Positions 19,153 through 27,199 of a stretch of 27,262 nt of DNA are shown here, one piece after another. Below the pieces are notes generated by a model. That model was not told where the DNA came from. It searched no databases and worked only from the letters and a program-made list of their open reading frames with translations. The first letter of the stretch is position 1. Every line of letters starts with the position of its first letter. This DNA is from an uncultured cyanobacterium (lineage in GTDB: Bacteria; Cyanobacteriota; Cyanobacteriia; Cyanobacteriales; CAWUOF01). The stretch covers positions 1 through 27,262 of the forward strand of contig CAVUSO010000003.1 in the NCBI GenBank assembly GCA_963744145.1. Reading direction: 5' to 3'. A program made the position numbers and the translations under genes.

Positions 19153-20130
19153 TTAATAGATTAACTTCTTAGCCAGTTGCTGGTTCACGGTGAACCATGA
19201 AATAGTTTTCTGTAAACCTTCCTTTAAACTGGTTTGAGGTTGCCAACCCAAGATTTGACGGGCAGATTGGTTATTACCAGACATTTCCATAATTTCATCG
19301 GGTCGCATCGGTAACGCTCCTAGTTCTACTGTGACAGGATTATCCATTAATTCTAGGGTCAAATTGACTACATCTCGAATAGCTATCCCTTGTCCAGTAC
19401 AAATATTAAACACCGAACTCAGTGGTAGGGGTTTCTTAGCTGCTAAAATAATAGCTTCAAGCACATCATCAATATACAAATAATCTCGCTGCTGTTTGCC
19501 CTCACTCATAACCATATTGATTTTATTTAAAGCCGATAAAATCGTAGATGGAATCAATCGTCTAGGATGTTCCCAAGGGCCATAAGGCGTGAATAAACGC
19601 AACTCGACTGTTTGGATTTGATACAATTTGGCAAATGTTTGCAGTAGTATACTAGCACAGGCTTTTGAAGCACCAAGCATTGTCCCAGGTAAAAGTAGAT
19701 CATTTTCCGATAATTTCGACCCAGCCCCATAAGCAGCAGCTGAACTGGTAAATATTATTTTGACATCTGGAAATTGCCTTAGAGCTTCTAAAAGGTGAAA
19801 AGTACCGAGAAGGTTTACCTGTAAGTGTGTTTCCGAGCTAATTGTTGGCGGATTGAAAGGTGTGCTAGCAAGATGATAAACGATCTGCGGTTTAATAATT
19901 TGAATCGCTGCTTGAACAGATGCTCCATCGGTGAGATCGGCAGATAGAATCTTGATCTGGTCTTCAATAGTCTGCAAACGAATACGGTTACTATTGGGTC
20001 GCACAAGTAAATACACCTGACATCCATCAGCGACCAGGCGTTGGGCCAAATTAGCGCCGATCGCACCAGTTCCACCTGTTAGCAATACCCTAATCCCCTT
20101 AAGCGTTTCCACCTGATTTTCCTCATTCAA
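19153..20130 (-). CDS. Extended SDR NDP-sugar epimerase/reductase with a non-canonical active site (LxxxK)
   Basis: TGGTGAIG, YHLAS, TSSAAAYG, PGTMLGASK, LRLFTPYGP and QRDYLYIDD. Confidence 0.85.
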   Translation of the reverse strand: MNEENQVETLKGIRVLLTGGTGAIGANLAQRLVADGCQVYLLVRPNSNRIRLQTIEDQIKILSADLTDGASVQAAIQIIKPQIVYHLASTPFNPPTISSETHLQVNLLGTFHLLEALRQFPDVKIIFTSSAAAYGAGSKLSENDLLLPGTMLGASKACASILLQTFAKLYQIQTVELRLFTPYGPWEHPRRLIPSTILSALNKINMVMSEGKQQRDYLYIDDVLEAIILAAKKPLPLSSVFNICTGQGIAIRDVVNLTLELMDNPVTVELGALPMRPDEIMEMSGNNQSARQILGWQPQTSLKEGLQKTISWFTVNQQLAKKLIY

Positions 20131-21139
20131 TCAGCAATAAACGGGACCCTTGAGACTCATAACCAACACTAATCTCAGTCAAATCAGCAAGCGATCGCCG
20201 CACAGATTCCTGATGTTCTGGTGTGACAATAAAAAGCAAGAATCCACCTCCCCCTGCACCACAGAGTTTACCGCCGATCGCACCAGCTGCCATGGCCAAC
20301 TGATACCATTGATCAATCTGGTCATTAGTAATACTACTAGCGAGTTGTCGCTTAAACTGCCAACTATTGTCTAGGACTTTGCCAAATTCTGGCAAGTTAA
20401 GGTCATTTTGCATCAGCAGAGTTCTGATTTCCATTGCGTGTTCTCGCATGGCCAACAAACTATCCATCTTACTGGCAGTATTACGTTGTTGTTCTGATAG
20501 GATTGAGCTGGAGTTCCGTCCCATACCTGTCCAAAACATGAGGATATGATCAAACAACTTGTCCATATCTACTTTTTGTCGATGCTGGGGTTCGATCGAC
20601 ACCCGACCATTAGAAAAAAAGCAAATATAGTTTAAACCACCAAACGCCGCAGCATAATGATCCTGCTTACCCATAGGACGCTTCAATACTTCTATCTCAA
20701 TATGAGCCGCTTCTTCAGCTAATTGACCAGCCGAAACGCGATCGCCCCGTAACCCATGCAGAGCATTCAGCAACCCCACCGCGAAAGAACTGGATGACCC
20801 TAATCCCGATGCCGCCGGAATATCTGCTACTGTGCTGATATAAATTGGTGGTTCAATCTCCAAAAAGCGCAAACATTCCCTGGCGATATCATTTTTGATC
20901 TCGTCTATATTTTTCACCTGCTCAGTCTCAGAATAGTTGAGACGAATCGGTTCGCCAAATAACTCACTGTGACGTTTAACAGTTACATATACATACTTGT
21001 TGATTGCGGTACTGAGAACTGCCCCGTCTTGGCACTCATAAAAGACAGGCAAATCAGTGCCCCCTCCGGCAAAACTAACTCGCAGTGGGGTGCGCGTCAG
21101 AATAATGCCTGCACTAGATTGTTTTACACTGTTAACCAT
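20123..21139 (-). CDS. hddA: GHMP kinase, D-glycero-alpha-D-manno-heptose-7-phosphate kinase-like
   Basis: TPLRVSFAGGGTD, PAASGLGSSS, GKQDHYAAAFGG and GGKLCGAGGGGF. Confidence 0.88.
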   Translation of the reverse strand: MVNSVKQSSAGIILTRTPLRVSFAGGGTDLPVFYECQDGAVLSTAINKYVYVTVKRHSELFGEPIRLNYSETEQVKNIDEIKNDIARECLRFLEIEPPIYISTVADIPAASGLGSSSSFAVGLLNALHGLRGDRVSAGQLAEEAAHIEIEVLKRPMGKQDHYAAAFGGLNYICFFSNGRVSIEPQHRQKVDMDKLFDHILMFWTGMGRNSSSILSEQQRNTASKMDSLLAMREHAMEIRTLLMQNDLNLPEFGKVLDNSWQFKRQLASSITNDQIDQWYQLAMAAGAIGGKLCGAGGGGFLLFIVTPEHQESVRRSLADLTEISVGYESQGSRLLLIE

Positions 21140-21581
21140 TCTTCAGTGACCAATCATAGCCAATTTCGTTATCAAAAGGATGAATGCGAATCATTTCATC
21201 AGGATCATGAGGTTCAGTAGCGCAGTTTGCCAAAATCACCATTTTATCACCGTAAGCTTTATAGCCATTAGCAATTCCAGGCGGAATTTGGACCAAACAG
21301 TAATTATCCTCTCCCAAAAATACCTCTTGCAATTTTCCTTTTGTTGGTGACTTTTCTCTGAGGTCATACATTACTAACTTAGCCCGTCCACAGATCACCG
21401 CATTATTAATAGTCATTGTCTGATGAATATGCCATGCTTTAATGGTTCCAGGCCAAGCACAGGAAAAATAAATCTCACCAAACTGGGTAAAATGCGGGTC
21501 GGTTGCTTTGAGCATGTGCATAATTTTGCCACGTTCGTCTACAATCTGCCGTAGGGGAATAATTTTGACTCCTTCAATCAT
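21132..21581 (-). CDS. Cupin dTDP-4-dehydrorhamnose 3,5-epimerase (RmlC)-family protein
   Basis: IEGVKI...DERG, KAWHIH, DLREKSPT and IPPGIANGY. Confidence 0.85.
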   Translation of the reverse strand: MIEGVKIIPLRQIVDERGKIMHMLKATDPHFTQFGEIYFSCAWPGTIKAWHIHQTMTINNAVICGRAKLVMYDLREKSPTKGKLQEVFLGEDNYCLVQIPPGIANGYKAYGDKMVILANCATEPHDPDEMIRIHPFDNEIGYDWSLKNG

Positions 21582-22627
21582 TGTCCTATCTCTGTGCTAT
21601 TTTGCCAATGCAGTGTACCATCTAGACGTCCCGTATCGAGCAAGTAACGTAACCAATGAAGACGAGTAAAACGACGATCAATGAAATCTGCATGGGTCAA
21701 TTTGATTGACTTAAAAGCTGCGTACAGATCTTTAGCCCCTTCTTGGGCAGTCCACTTGAACTCAAAGTTGGGAAAAACTCGAGCAAACTTACTAAAATCT
21801 GCTTGGTAGGTACGTTGATCAGCACTGGGGGTAGCTAGAACTTCTAATTTACAATCAGGAACGGTTTCGATCACGATTTTGGCCAAATCTAAAATTTGAT
21901 AATTTAAGTGGTTAGCACCGTTATTAAATATTTGGTTATGTATCGCAGTAATTGGTGCTTCTATCACTGTTAAAAATGAACGCACAACATCTTGAACATG
22001 AATAACGGGACGCCAGGGTGTGCCATCTCCATGCAATACTACTTTTTGGGTGGTTACTGCTGCTCCCATTAAGTTGTTCAAGACTGTATCAAATCGCATT
22101 CGTGGTGAAATTCCATAGATCGTGCCATTTCGTAAGAAGGTGGGTGAAAAGTGATCATCAGCTAGTTTGGCGATCGCATATTCACTTTTTACCTTAGATG
22201 CTGCGTATTCTGTTTTCGGATCGAGGGGTGATTCCTCTGTAACTACAGCAGTTTCTGACATCCCATACATAATGCAAGAAGATGAAAACAAAAATCGCTG
22301 TACTCCTGCTTGTTTAGCCAATTCAGCTAGACGTAAGGAAGATTGAAAGTTAATTTCCTCTGTCCAATCTCGATTTAAGTTGCCAATTGGATCGTTACTT
22401 AAAGCTGCTAAATGAACTACTGCATCAACTCCTTCCAAGTCTTCTGGTTGTAAATGACGAATATCCTTATTGATGGTCGGGACATTAACCAAATCTGGCA
22501 CTAGAGTGCATTCATGGAAGTAACCCGTGTCTAAACCAATTACTTCATATCCAGCATTTAAAAATATTGGAGTCATCACCGATCCAATATAACCATTATT
22601 CCCTGTTATTAAAATTCGTTTTGTCAT
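21578..22627 (-). CDS. Extended SDR NDP-sugar epimerase/dehydratase/reductase
   Basis: TGNNGYIG, HLAALSNDP, SSSCIMYG, YAASK, SPRMRFD and DGTPWRP. Confidence 0.9.
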   Translation of the reverse strand: MTKRILITGNNGYIGSVMTPIFLNAGYEVIGLDTGYFHECTLVPDLVNVPTINKDIRHLQPEDLEGVDAVVHLAALSNDPIGNLNRDWTEEINFQSSLRLAELAKQAGVQRFLFSSSCIMYGMSETAVVTEESPLDPKTEYAASKVKSEYAIAKLADDHFSPTFLRNGTIYGISPRMRFDTVLNNLMGAAVTTQKVVLHGDGTPWRPVIHVQDVVRSFLTVIEAPITAIHNQIFNNGANHLNYQILDLAKIVIETVPDCKLEVLATPSADQRTYQADFSKFARVFPNFEFKWTAQEGAKDLYAAFKSIKLTHADFIDRRFTRLHWLRYLLDTGRLDGTLHWQNSTEIGQ

Positions 22628-22763
22628 TTTTCTTTTCCAAATATATTAAACTACGATTGCTTTACTACTAAAAAGAATTTTGGCAGTTTTTAATGATCAA
22701 AAACTAAGTTTTATGTTTTTCCAATAACTCAATCTTAAATCAATCTCAATATATAGCACAATA

Positions 22764-22885
22764 TGGTTCAGATTAGCTCATTTATGTAGTTGTGCCAAGA
22801 GCGCTGAAGCGCAACTACATACCTGGTTCAGATTAGCTCATTTATGTAGTTGTGCCAAGAGCGCTGAAGCGCAACTACATACCTG
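22764..22885. repeat. Perfect 60-bp direct tandem duplication, each unit containing a REP-like inverted repeat
   Basis: The unit TGGTTCAGATTAGCTCATTTATGTAGTTGTGCCAAGAGCGCTGAAGCGCAACTACATACC occurs at 22764-22823 and 22824-22883. Arms TATGTAGTTGTGC (22783-22795) and GCGCAACTACATA (22809-22821) pair with 1 mismatch. There is an inner hairpin GCGCT-GA-AGCGC. Confidence 0.95.
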
Positions 22886-22901
22886 TGGTTGATCCATCCA
22901 A

Positions 22902-24116
22902 TTAAGATTCTAATCTACTATTTCCTATCAATTTTTGGACATAGTCAAGTAAACCTACTTGCTCAGATGCAAACAACCAAGGACATCCAGCAGCTTCAGC
23001 AGCTAACCCATCACGTTCGTCATCACCGATAAAGTATGTATGACTAAGATCTAAGCTAAAGTCACGTTGTGCTTGAAACAACATTCCTGGTTTAGGTTTA
23101 CGACACTCGCATCCTTCATCCCAATTATGGGGACAATAATAAACTGCATGAATATTACCACCTGCTAGCTGAACTTCTGCTTTCATTCTTTGGTGAATCT
23201 CATTTAGTTGTGCTTCTGTCATTGCTCCTCTAGCAATTCCTGGTTGATTAGTCACAACTATGACTCGATATCCAGCTTTATTTAATAAGCGTAAAGCTAT
23301 CTTTACACCAGGTAGCCATTCCCATTCAGCCCAAGATACCACATAATTAGCACGGGGCATTTTTTTATTGATTACGCCATCACGATCTAATAATATTGTG
23401 GGATATCTTGCTAGGAATTCTTCGGTTAAATGCAAGCGTTGATGAGAGCCAATACTATAATAACGATGTTCAGTAATATAAGCTTGTAGCTGTTGTTTTT
23501 CTACCAATTTTGGATAAGCTACAGCCTCAAAGGAAACATTTTCATCTGATAGTAAATCAATGACAGAGTTTTTCAGAATTACAAAGCCAATATCTACCCC
23601 AGACAGATTTGCAGTAGTTCGACTTTTATCATAAACAACAACAGATCCTTGACTATTTACACTGAGATTGTTCTGGGTATATTTATCCGCATTACGATAT
23701 ACTGTAATCTGTGCTAGGGGATCTGAAGCCAGAAATTGTCGCCACATGGCATCAAAACGCATTGGCCAATAGTTATCACAATACATGAGCAGAAAAATAG
23801 GATCTATCAGTGGTTGTGCCAGTTTTAGTCTTTGTCCCGTATCATTTTCAACTGCGGAAACAGAGTATTCAATTGATATACCCCATTTACTACCATTGCC
23901 GAAATAATTTTGAATTACCTCACTCAGATATCCCAATAATAAAAGAATGCGATCGAACCCTTGGTCACGGATCATCTCAATTAGATATTCTAAAAAAGGT
24001 TTACCGTGAAATTCGATCATCGGCTTAGGTTTGGTGTCAGTTAATGGTCGTAAGCGAGTACCTTGACCACCAGCTAAAATTACAGCTTGGGTAGGACGCG
24101 GTAAGGGTGTTAACAA
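22902..24116 (-). CDS. gmhB: Bifunctional sugar-1-phosphate nucleotidyltransferase (HddC-like) fused to HAD-IIIA heptose-1,7-bisphosphate phosphatase (GmhB-like)
   Basis: N-terminal ILAGGQGTRLRP...KPKPM; C-terminal LDRDGVIN, VTNQPG, CPH...CECRKPKPGM and FIGDDERD. TTG start after GAGGA. Confidence 0.9.
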   Translation of the reverse strand: MLTPLPRPTQAVILAGGQGTRLRPLTDTKPKPMIEFHGKPFLEYLIEMIRDQGFDRILLLLGYLSEVIQNYFGNGSKWGISIEYSVSAVENDTGQRLKLAQPLIDPIFLLMYCDNYWPMRFDAMWRQFLASDPLAQITVYRNADKYTQNNLSVNSQGSVVVYDKSRTTANLSGVDIGFVILKNSVIDLLSDENVSFEAVAYPKLVEKQQLQAYITEHRYYSIGSHQRLHLTEEFLARYPTILLDRDGVINKKMPRANYVVSWAEWEWLPGVKIALRLLNKAGYRVIVVTNQPGIARGAMTEAQLNEIHQRMKAEVQLAGGNIHAVYYCPHNWDEGCECRKPKPGMLFQAQRDFSLDLSHTYFIGDDERDGLAAEAAGCPWLFASEQVGLLDYVQKLIGNSRLES

Positions 24117-24154
24117 GATATCATCCTCTTAGACAAAATTTCCTAAACAAGTTT

Positions 24155-25153
24155 TTAAAGTTTATGAATATACTCTAATGGTTGTTGTTGAATCTCCTGC
24201 CAAAAATTTTCGATCCAATTGACTACACCTACAATACCTTGATCGAGAGAAATTTGTGGTATCCATCCCAATTCAGTCCGAGCTTTAGTAGAATCAATCA
24301 CATAGGCAGCATCTTGGCCTAATCTTTCTGCTACACTGACTGTCGCTTCGGTAAATGAGCAGTTCATGGTATAGCAAATTTTTTGGACTACCTCCCGTAC
24401 TGCATAACCTTGGTCAGGAGAAAGATGATAAATCTCCCCGATTCTACCTTTTTCCACGATCGCTAGTTCACCTTGAGAAATATCCCGAATGTGAATATAG
24501 GATTTTACTGCATGACCACCACCATGGAGTTGAATTACTTTACCTAGTTTCAAGTAAATTACCGATCGCGGAATTATTTTAAATAACTGCTGATAAGCTC
24601 CATAAACATTGGTAGAGCGCACCATTACCACAGGAAACTGGAAATTTTTATAAAAAGTGGATAGCAGCAGATCAGCAGCTGCTTTAGAAGCAGCATAAGG
24701 TGTAGAGGGATTCATCGGTGCAGATTCGGTAATGATTCCTGAGCAGGTTCCATAGACTTCAGGAGAGGAGATATGAACATAACGATGTAAATATTTTTGG
24801 TCTTTGAGGTGATTAATTAACTGTGCTAATGCCACAGTATTAGTCTGGAACCAATGATCTGGATTCACCCAACTAGGTGCTACTTCACTTTGAGCCGCAA
24901 AATTCACTATATATTCAGGAGCAAAGTCATCTAGCACCTGAAGGATCTTAGCCATATCTCGGTTCAGATCCAACTGATGAAATTGAAACTGTGGATGTTG
25001 ATGACGTAGATAAGGTAAAAATAACGGACCTTTTTCTGGAGAGCGACTCATACCCAAGACTTCATTTTGACTGTCTTCTAAAAGTAGGTCAATGAAATCA
25101 CTCCCCGAAAAAGAGTTACTACCAAGAACAGCTATTTTGCGATCAGAAGTCAT
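24155..25153 (-). CDS. NDP-glucose 4,6-dehydratase (RmlB)-like extended SDR with altered motifs
   Basis: LGSNSFSG, VNFAAQSEV, HISSPEVYG, PSTPYAASKAAAD, NVYGAYQ...KIIPR and RLGQDAAY. Confidence 0.85.
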   Translation of the reverse strand: MTSDRKIAVLGSNSFSGSDFIDLLLEDSQNEVLGMSRSPEKGPLFLPYLRHQHPQFQFHQLDLNRDMAKILQVLDDFAPEYIVNFAAQSEVAPSWVNPDHWFQTNTVALAQLINHLKDQKYLHRYVHISSPEVYGTCSGIITESAPMNPSTPYAASKAAADLLLSTFYKNFQFPVVMVRSTNVYGAYQQLFKIIPRSVIYLKLGKVIQLHGGGHAVKSYIHIRDISQGELAIVEKGRIGEIYHLSPDQGYAVREVVQKICYTMNCSFTEATVSVAERLGQDAAYVIDSTKARTELGWIPQISLDQGIVGVVNWIENFWQEIQQQPLEYIHKL

Positions 25154-25165
25154 AAGTGACAGTTG

Positions 25166-26224
25166 CTAAAATGGGCCAGTAAAAGATTTATCTGGAATAT
25201 CCAGTTTAATTGAAGATAGATGCGGCTCTACTGCTTGAGGCGATCGCCCCAGCATTTCACAAATCGCTTGATATATATTAACAGCTCGAGGATAATAAAA
25301 TTGTGCTAGTGCGTGGCTCGTGGGAGTAGGTGCATCGGGTAGGGTAATCCGACTTGGTGGACAACGTAAATCAGCAAATATTTGCTCGCTCACTAGAGCA
25401 ACGATTTCTGCACTAAAACCACAACAAGACCAACTTGTATCGGTAACTAACAAACGACCAGTCTTTTGCACGGAATTTAATATCATCTGAGCATCTAATG
25501 GTCTTAAGCTACGCACATCAACCACTTCAACTTGTATTCCCAATTCGGCTAACCAAGTTGCAGCTCGTAAAGCTTCTAAGGTCATATAAGATGTACTAAC
25601 AATGGTCACATCTTGACCACTACGAGCAATTTTGGCTTCACCCAATGGAATATGGTAACTTTCTGTTGGGACAACACCAGAAATATTATGCAACCAACGA
25701 TGTTCTAAAAAAATTACTGGGTTTTGATCACGAATACTAGCCAGTAATAAGCCCTTAGCATCATAAGCTGTGGTGGGCATAACAACTTTTAATCCTGGGA
25801 TATGAGCAAACCAAGCTTGAAGACTTTGGGAATGTTGTGGACCTTGACCCCAACCACGACCAATGATTAAGCGAATTACTAAAGGAACTGATAATTGACC
25901 ACCAAACATATAGTGCCATTTGGCGGCGTTATTTACCATCTGATCCATTGCCAAAAGGGCAAAGTCTACCCGCTGATGCACTAAAATTGGTCGCATCCCC
26001 ATCAATGCTGAACCAATTGCCATCCCTGTCATACCATTTTCAGCTACGGGCATATCTAAAACTCGGTCAGAGCCAAATTTTTCCCGTAAACCTAAGGTAG
26101 TGCCAAAGATCCCTTTTGGGTCTGGTACACCTTCCCCCATAATATAAACTAAAGGATCTTCAGCCATTGCTTGGGTCAAGGCTTCATTAATTGCTTGAGC
26201 GAAGGTAAGTTGACGTTGGGTCAT
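25166..26224 (-). CDS. Pyruvate/acetoin dehydrogenase E1 beta-like subunit (pair 1)
   Basis: MGEGV, DMPVAENG, GQGPQHSQ, IPGLKVVMP, NPVIFLEHR and VDVRSLRPLD. Confidence 0.92.
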   Translation of the reverse strand: MTQRQLTFAQAINEALTQAMAEDPLVYIMGEGVPDPKGIFGTTLGLREKFGSDRVLDMPVAENGMTGMAIGSALMGMRPILVHQRVDFALLAMDQMVNNAAKWHYMFGGQLSVPLVIRLIIGRGWGQGPQHSQSLQAWFAHIPGLKVVMPTTAYDAKGLLLASIRDQNPVIFLEHRWLHNISGVVPTESYHIPLGEAKIARSGQDVTIVSTSYMTLEALRAATWLAELGIQVEVVDVRSLRPLDAQMILNSVQKTGRLLVTDTSWSCCGFSAEIVALVSEQIFADLRCPPSRITLPDAPTPTSHALAQFYYPRAVNIYQAICEMLGRSPQAVEPHLSSIKLDIPDKSFTGPF

Positions 26225-26233
26225 GGTCCGAAT

Positions 26234-27199
26234 TTAGGCATAAATGTGTTCAAACATAGTTTTTTGATCAGGAAAAGGACTGGTTTTTGCAAAAGTGACC
26301 GCGGTTTGAATTTCTGTTGCGATCGCTTGTTCCATCTCTTCTAAATCGAGAACTGTTAAAATCCCTGTTTCTAACAATTGAGTCTGAGTCCGTTGGATGG
26401 GACAGAGAGCTTGCCATTGTTGAAATTCTGTTTCAGTGCGATAACCAATATTATTGTCATAATTTGGACCACAATGTTCTCTCCAGCGATAGGTTTTAAA
26501 TTCTAAAAATCTAGGTCCTCCCTGATTTTTGGCAAGATTAATCGCGGTACTTGTCAGTTGATAAACTTCTTCTACATTATTACCATCACCTTGGATACTA
26601 GGGATGTTATGTGCTTCAGCTAATCGATAAACTTCACGTCCTGGTGGTTGTCGTTCTGTCAGAGGTGTGTAAACTGAGTAGAGATTATTTTCGCAAATAA
26701 AGACGATCGGCAAGTTTTTCAATTTCGCAAAATTAAGACTTTCGTGAAATACACCTTCTTCTGTGGCACCTTCACCAAAAAAAACTACTACAATTTTACC
26801 CAAATTCTGTCTTGCTGATCCAAAAGCTGCTCCCACTGCGATTGGAATTGTACTAGCTACGATCGGTGTTGAACCGATAAATCCTACATTTAAGTCTACT
26901 AAGTGCATTGAACCACCTTTACCTCGACAGCACCCGGTGACTTTACCATACATTTCTGCCCAAAAAGCTTTTAAATCTCCTCCAGTTGCTAAATAGTGAC
27001 CATGAGCTCGATGTCCGCTAAATACTGCATCTGTTGGATTCAAAGCTGCACATACACCGCTAGCAATTGCTTCTTGACCTATACATAAGTGTACTGGACA
27101 ACGCATTTCTTGCTCTGGGTAAAGTTCGACAATCTTTTCTTCTACCCGACGAATCCGTAACATGGTAAAAAAAAGCTTTTTCAATAATTCTGGTGTCAT
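26234..27199 (-). CDS. Pyruvate/acetoin dehydrogenase E1 alpha-like subunit (pair 1)
   Basis: PVHLCIGQEA, HRAHGHY, GKGGSMH, ThDP motif FGEGATEEG...CENN, and TYRWREHCGP. Confidence 0.92.
   Translation of the reverse strand: MTPELLKKLFFTMLRIRRVEEKIVELYPEQEMRCPVHLCIGQEAIASGVCAALNPTDAVFSGHRAHGHYLATGGDLKAFWAEMYGKVTGCCRGKGGSMHLVDLNVGFIGSTPIVASTIPIAVGAAFGSARQNLGKIVVVFFGEGATEEGVFHESLNFAKLKNLPIVFICENNLYSVYTPLTERQPPGREVYRLAEAHNIPSIQGDGNNVEEVYQLTSTAINLAKNQGGPRFLEFKTYRWREHCGPNYDNNIGYRTETEFQQWQALCPIQRTQTQLLETGILTVLDLEEMEQAIATEIQTAVTFAKTSPFPDQKTMFEHIYA

Larger units (their letters stand above)
45..26326. repeat. Dispersed HIP1 octamers (GCGATCGC)
   Basis: About 25 perfect copies counted by eye, starting at 45, 1555, 1899, 2139, 3232, 6027, 6398, 6895, 7471, 7708, 9525, 10392, 11116, 11770, 12224, 13467, 14781, 15186, 15662, 16008, 20191, 20738, 22170, 25240 and 26319. 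This is far above chance in AT-rich DNA. Confidence 0.9.

Noticed and set aside
22685..22705. Inverted repeat AGTTTTT-N7-AAAAACT as an operator or internal promoter
   Set aside because: Low-complexity arms in AT-rich DNA are likely by chance, and no convincing -35/-10 pair was found.
22764..22885. Mini-CRISPR array
   Set aside because: The units abut with no unique spacer, there are only two copies, and no cas genes are present.
680..26996. Short plus-strand ORFs and nested minus-strand ORFs from the ORF track (e.g. 680-898, 1467-1754, 4185-4388, 6575-6847, 8517-8831, 14523-14843, 19815-20075, 26763-26996)
   Set aside because: All overlap well-supported minus-strand genes and show no recognisable motifs, so they are shadow ORFs.
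25166..27199. Housekeeping pdhA/pdhB assignment
   Set aside because: The sugar-cluster context, absence of E2/E3 in the window and variant motifs (GEG, TYRWREHCGP) argue against it, so no gene symbols are given.
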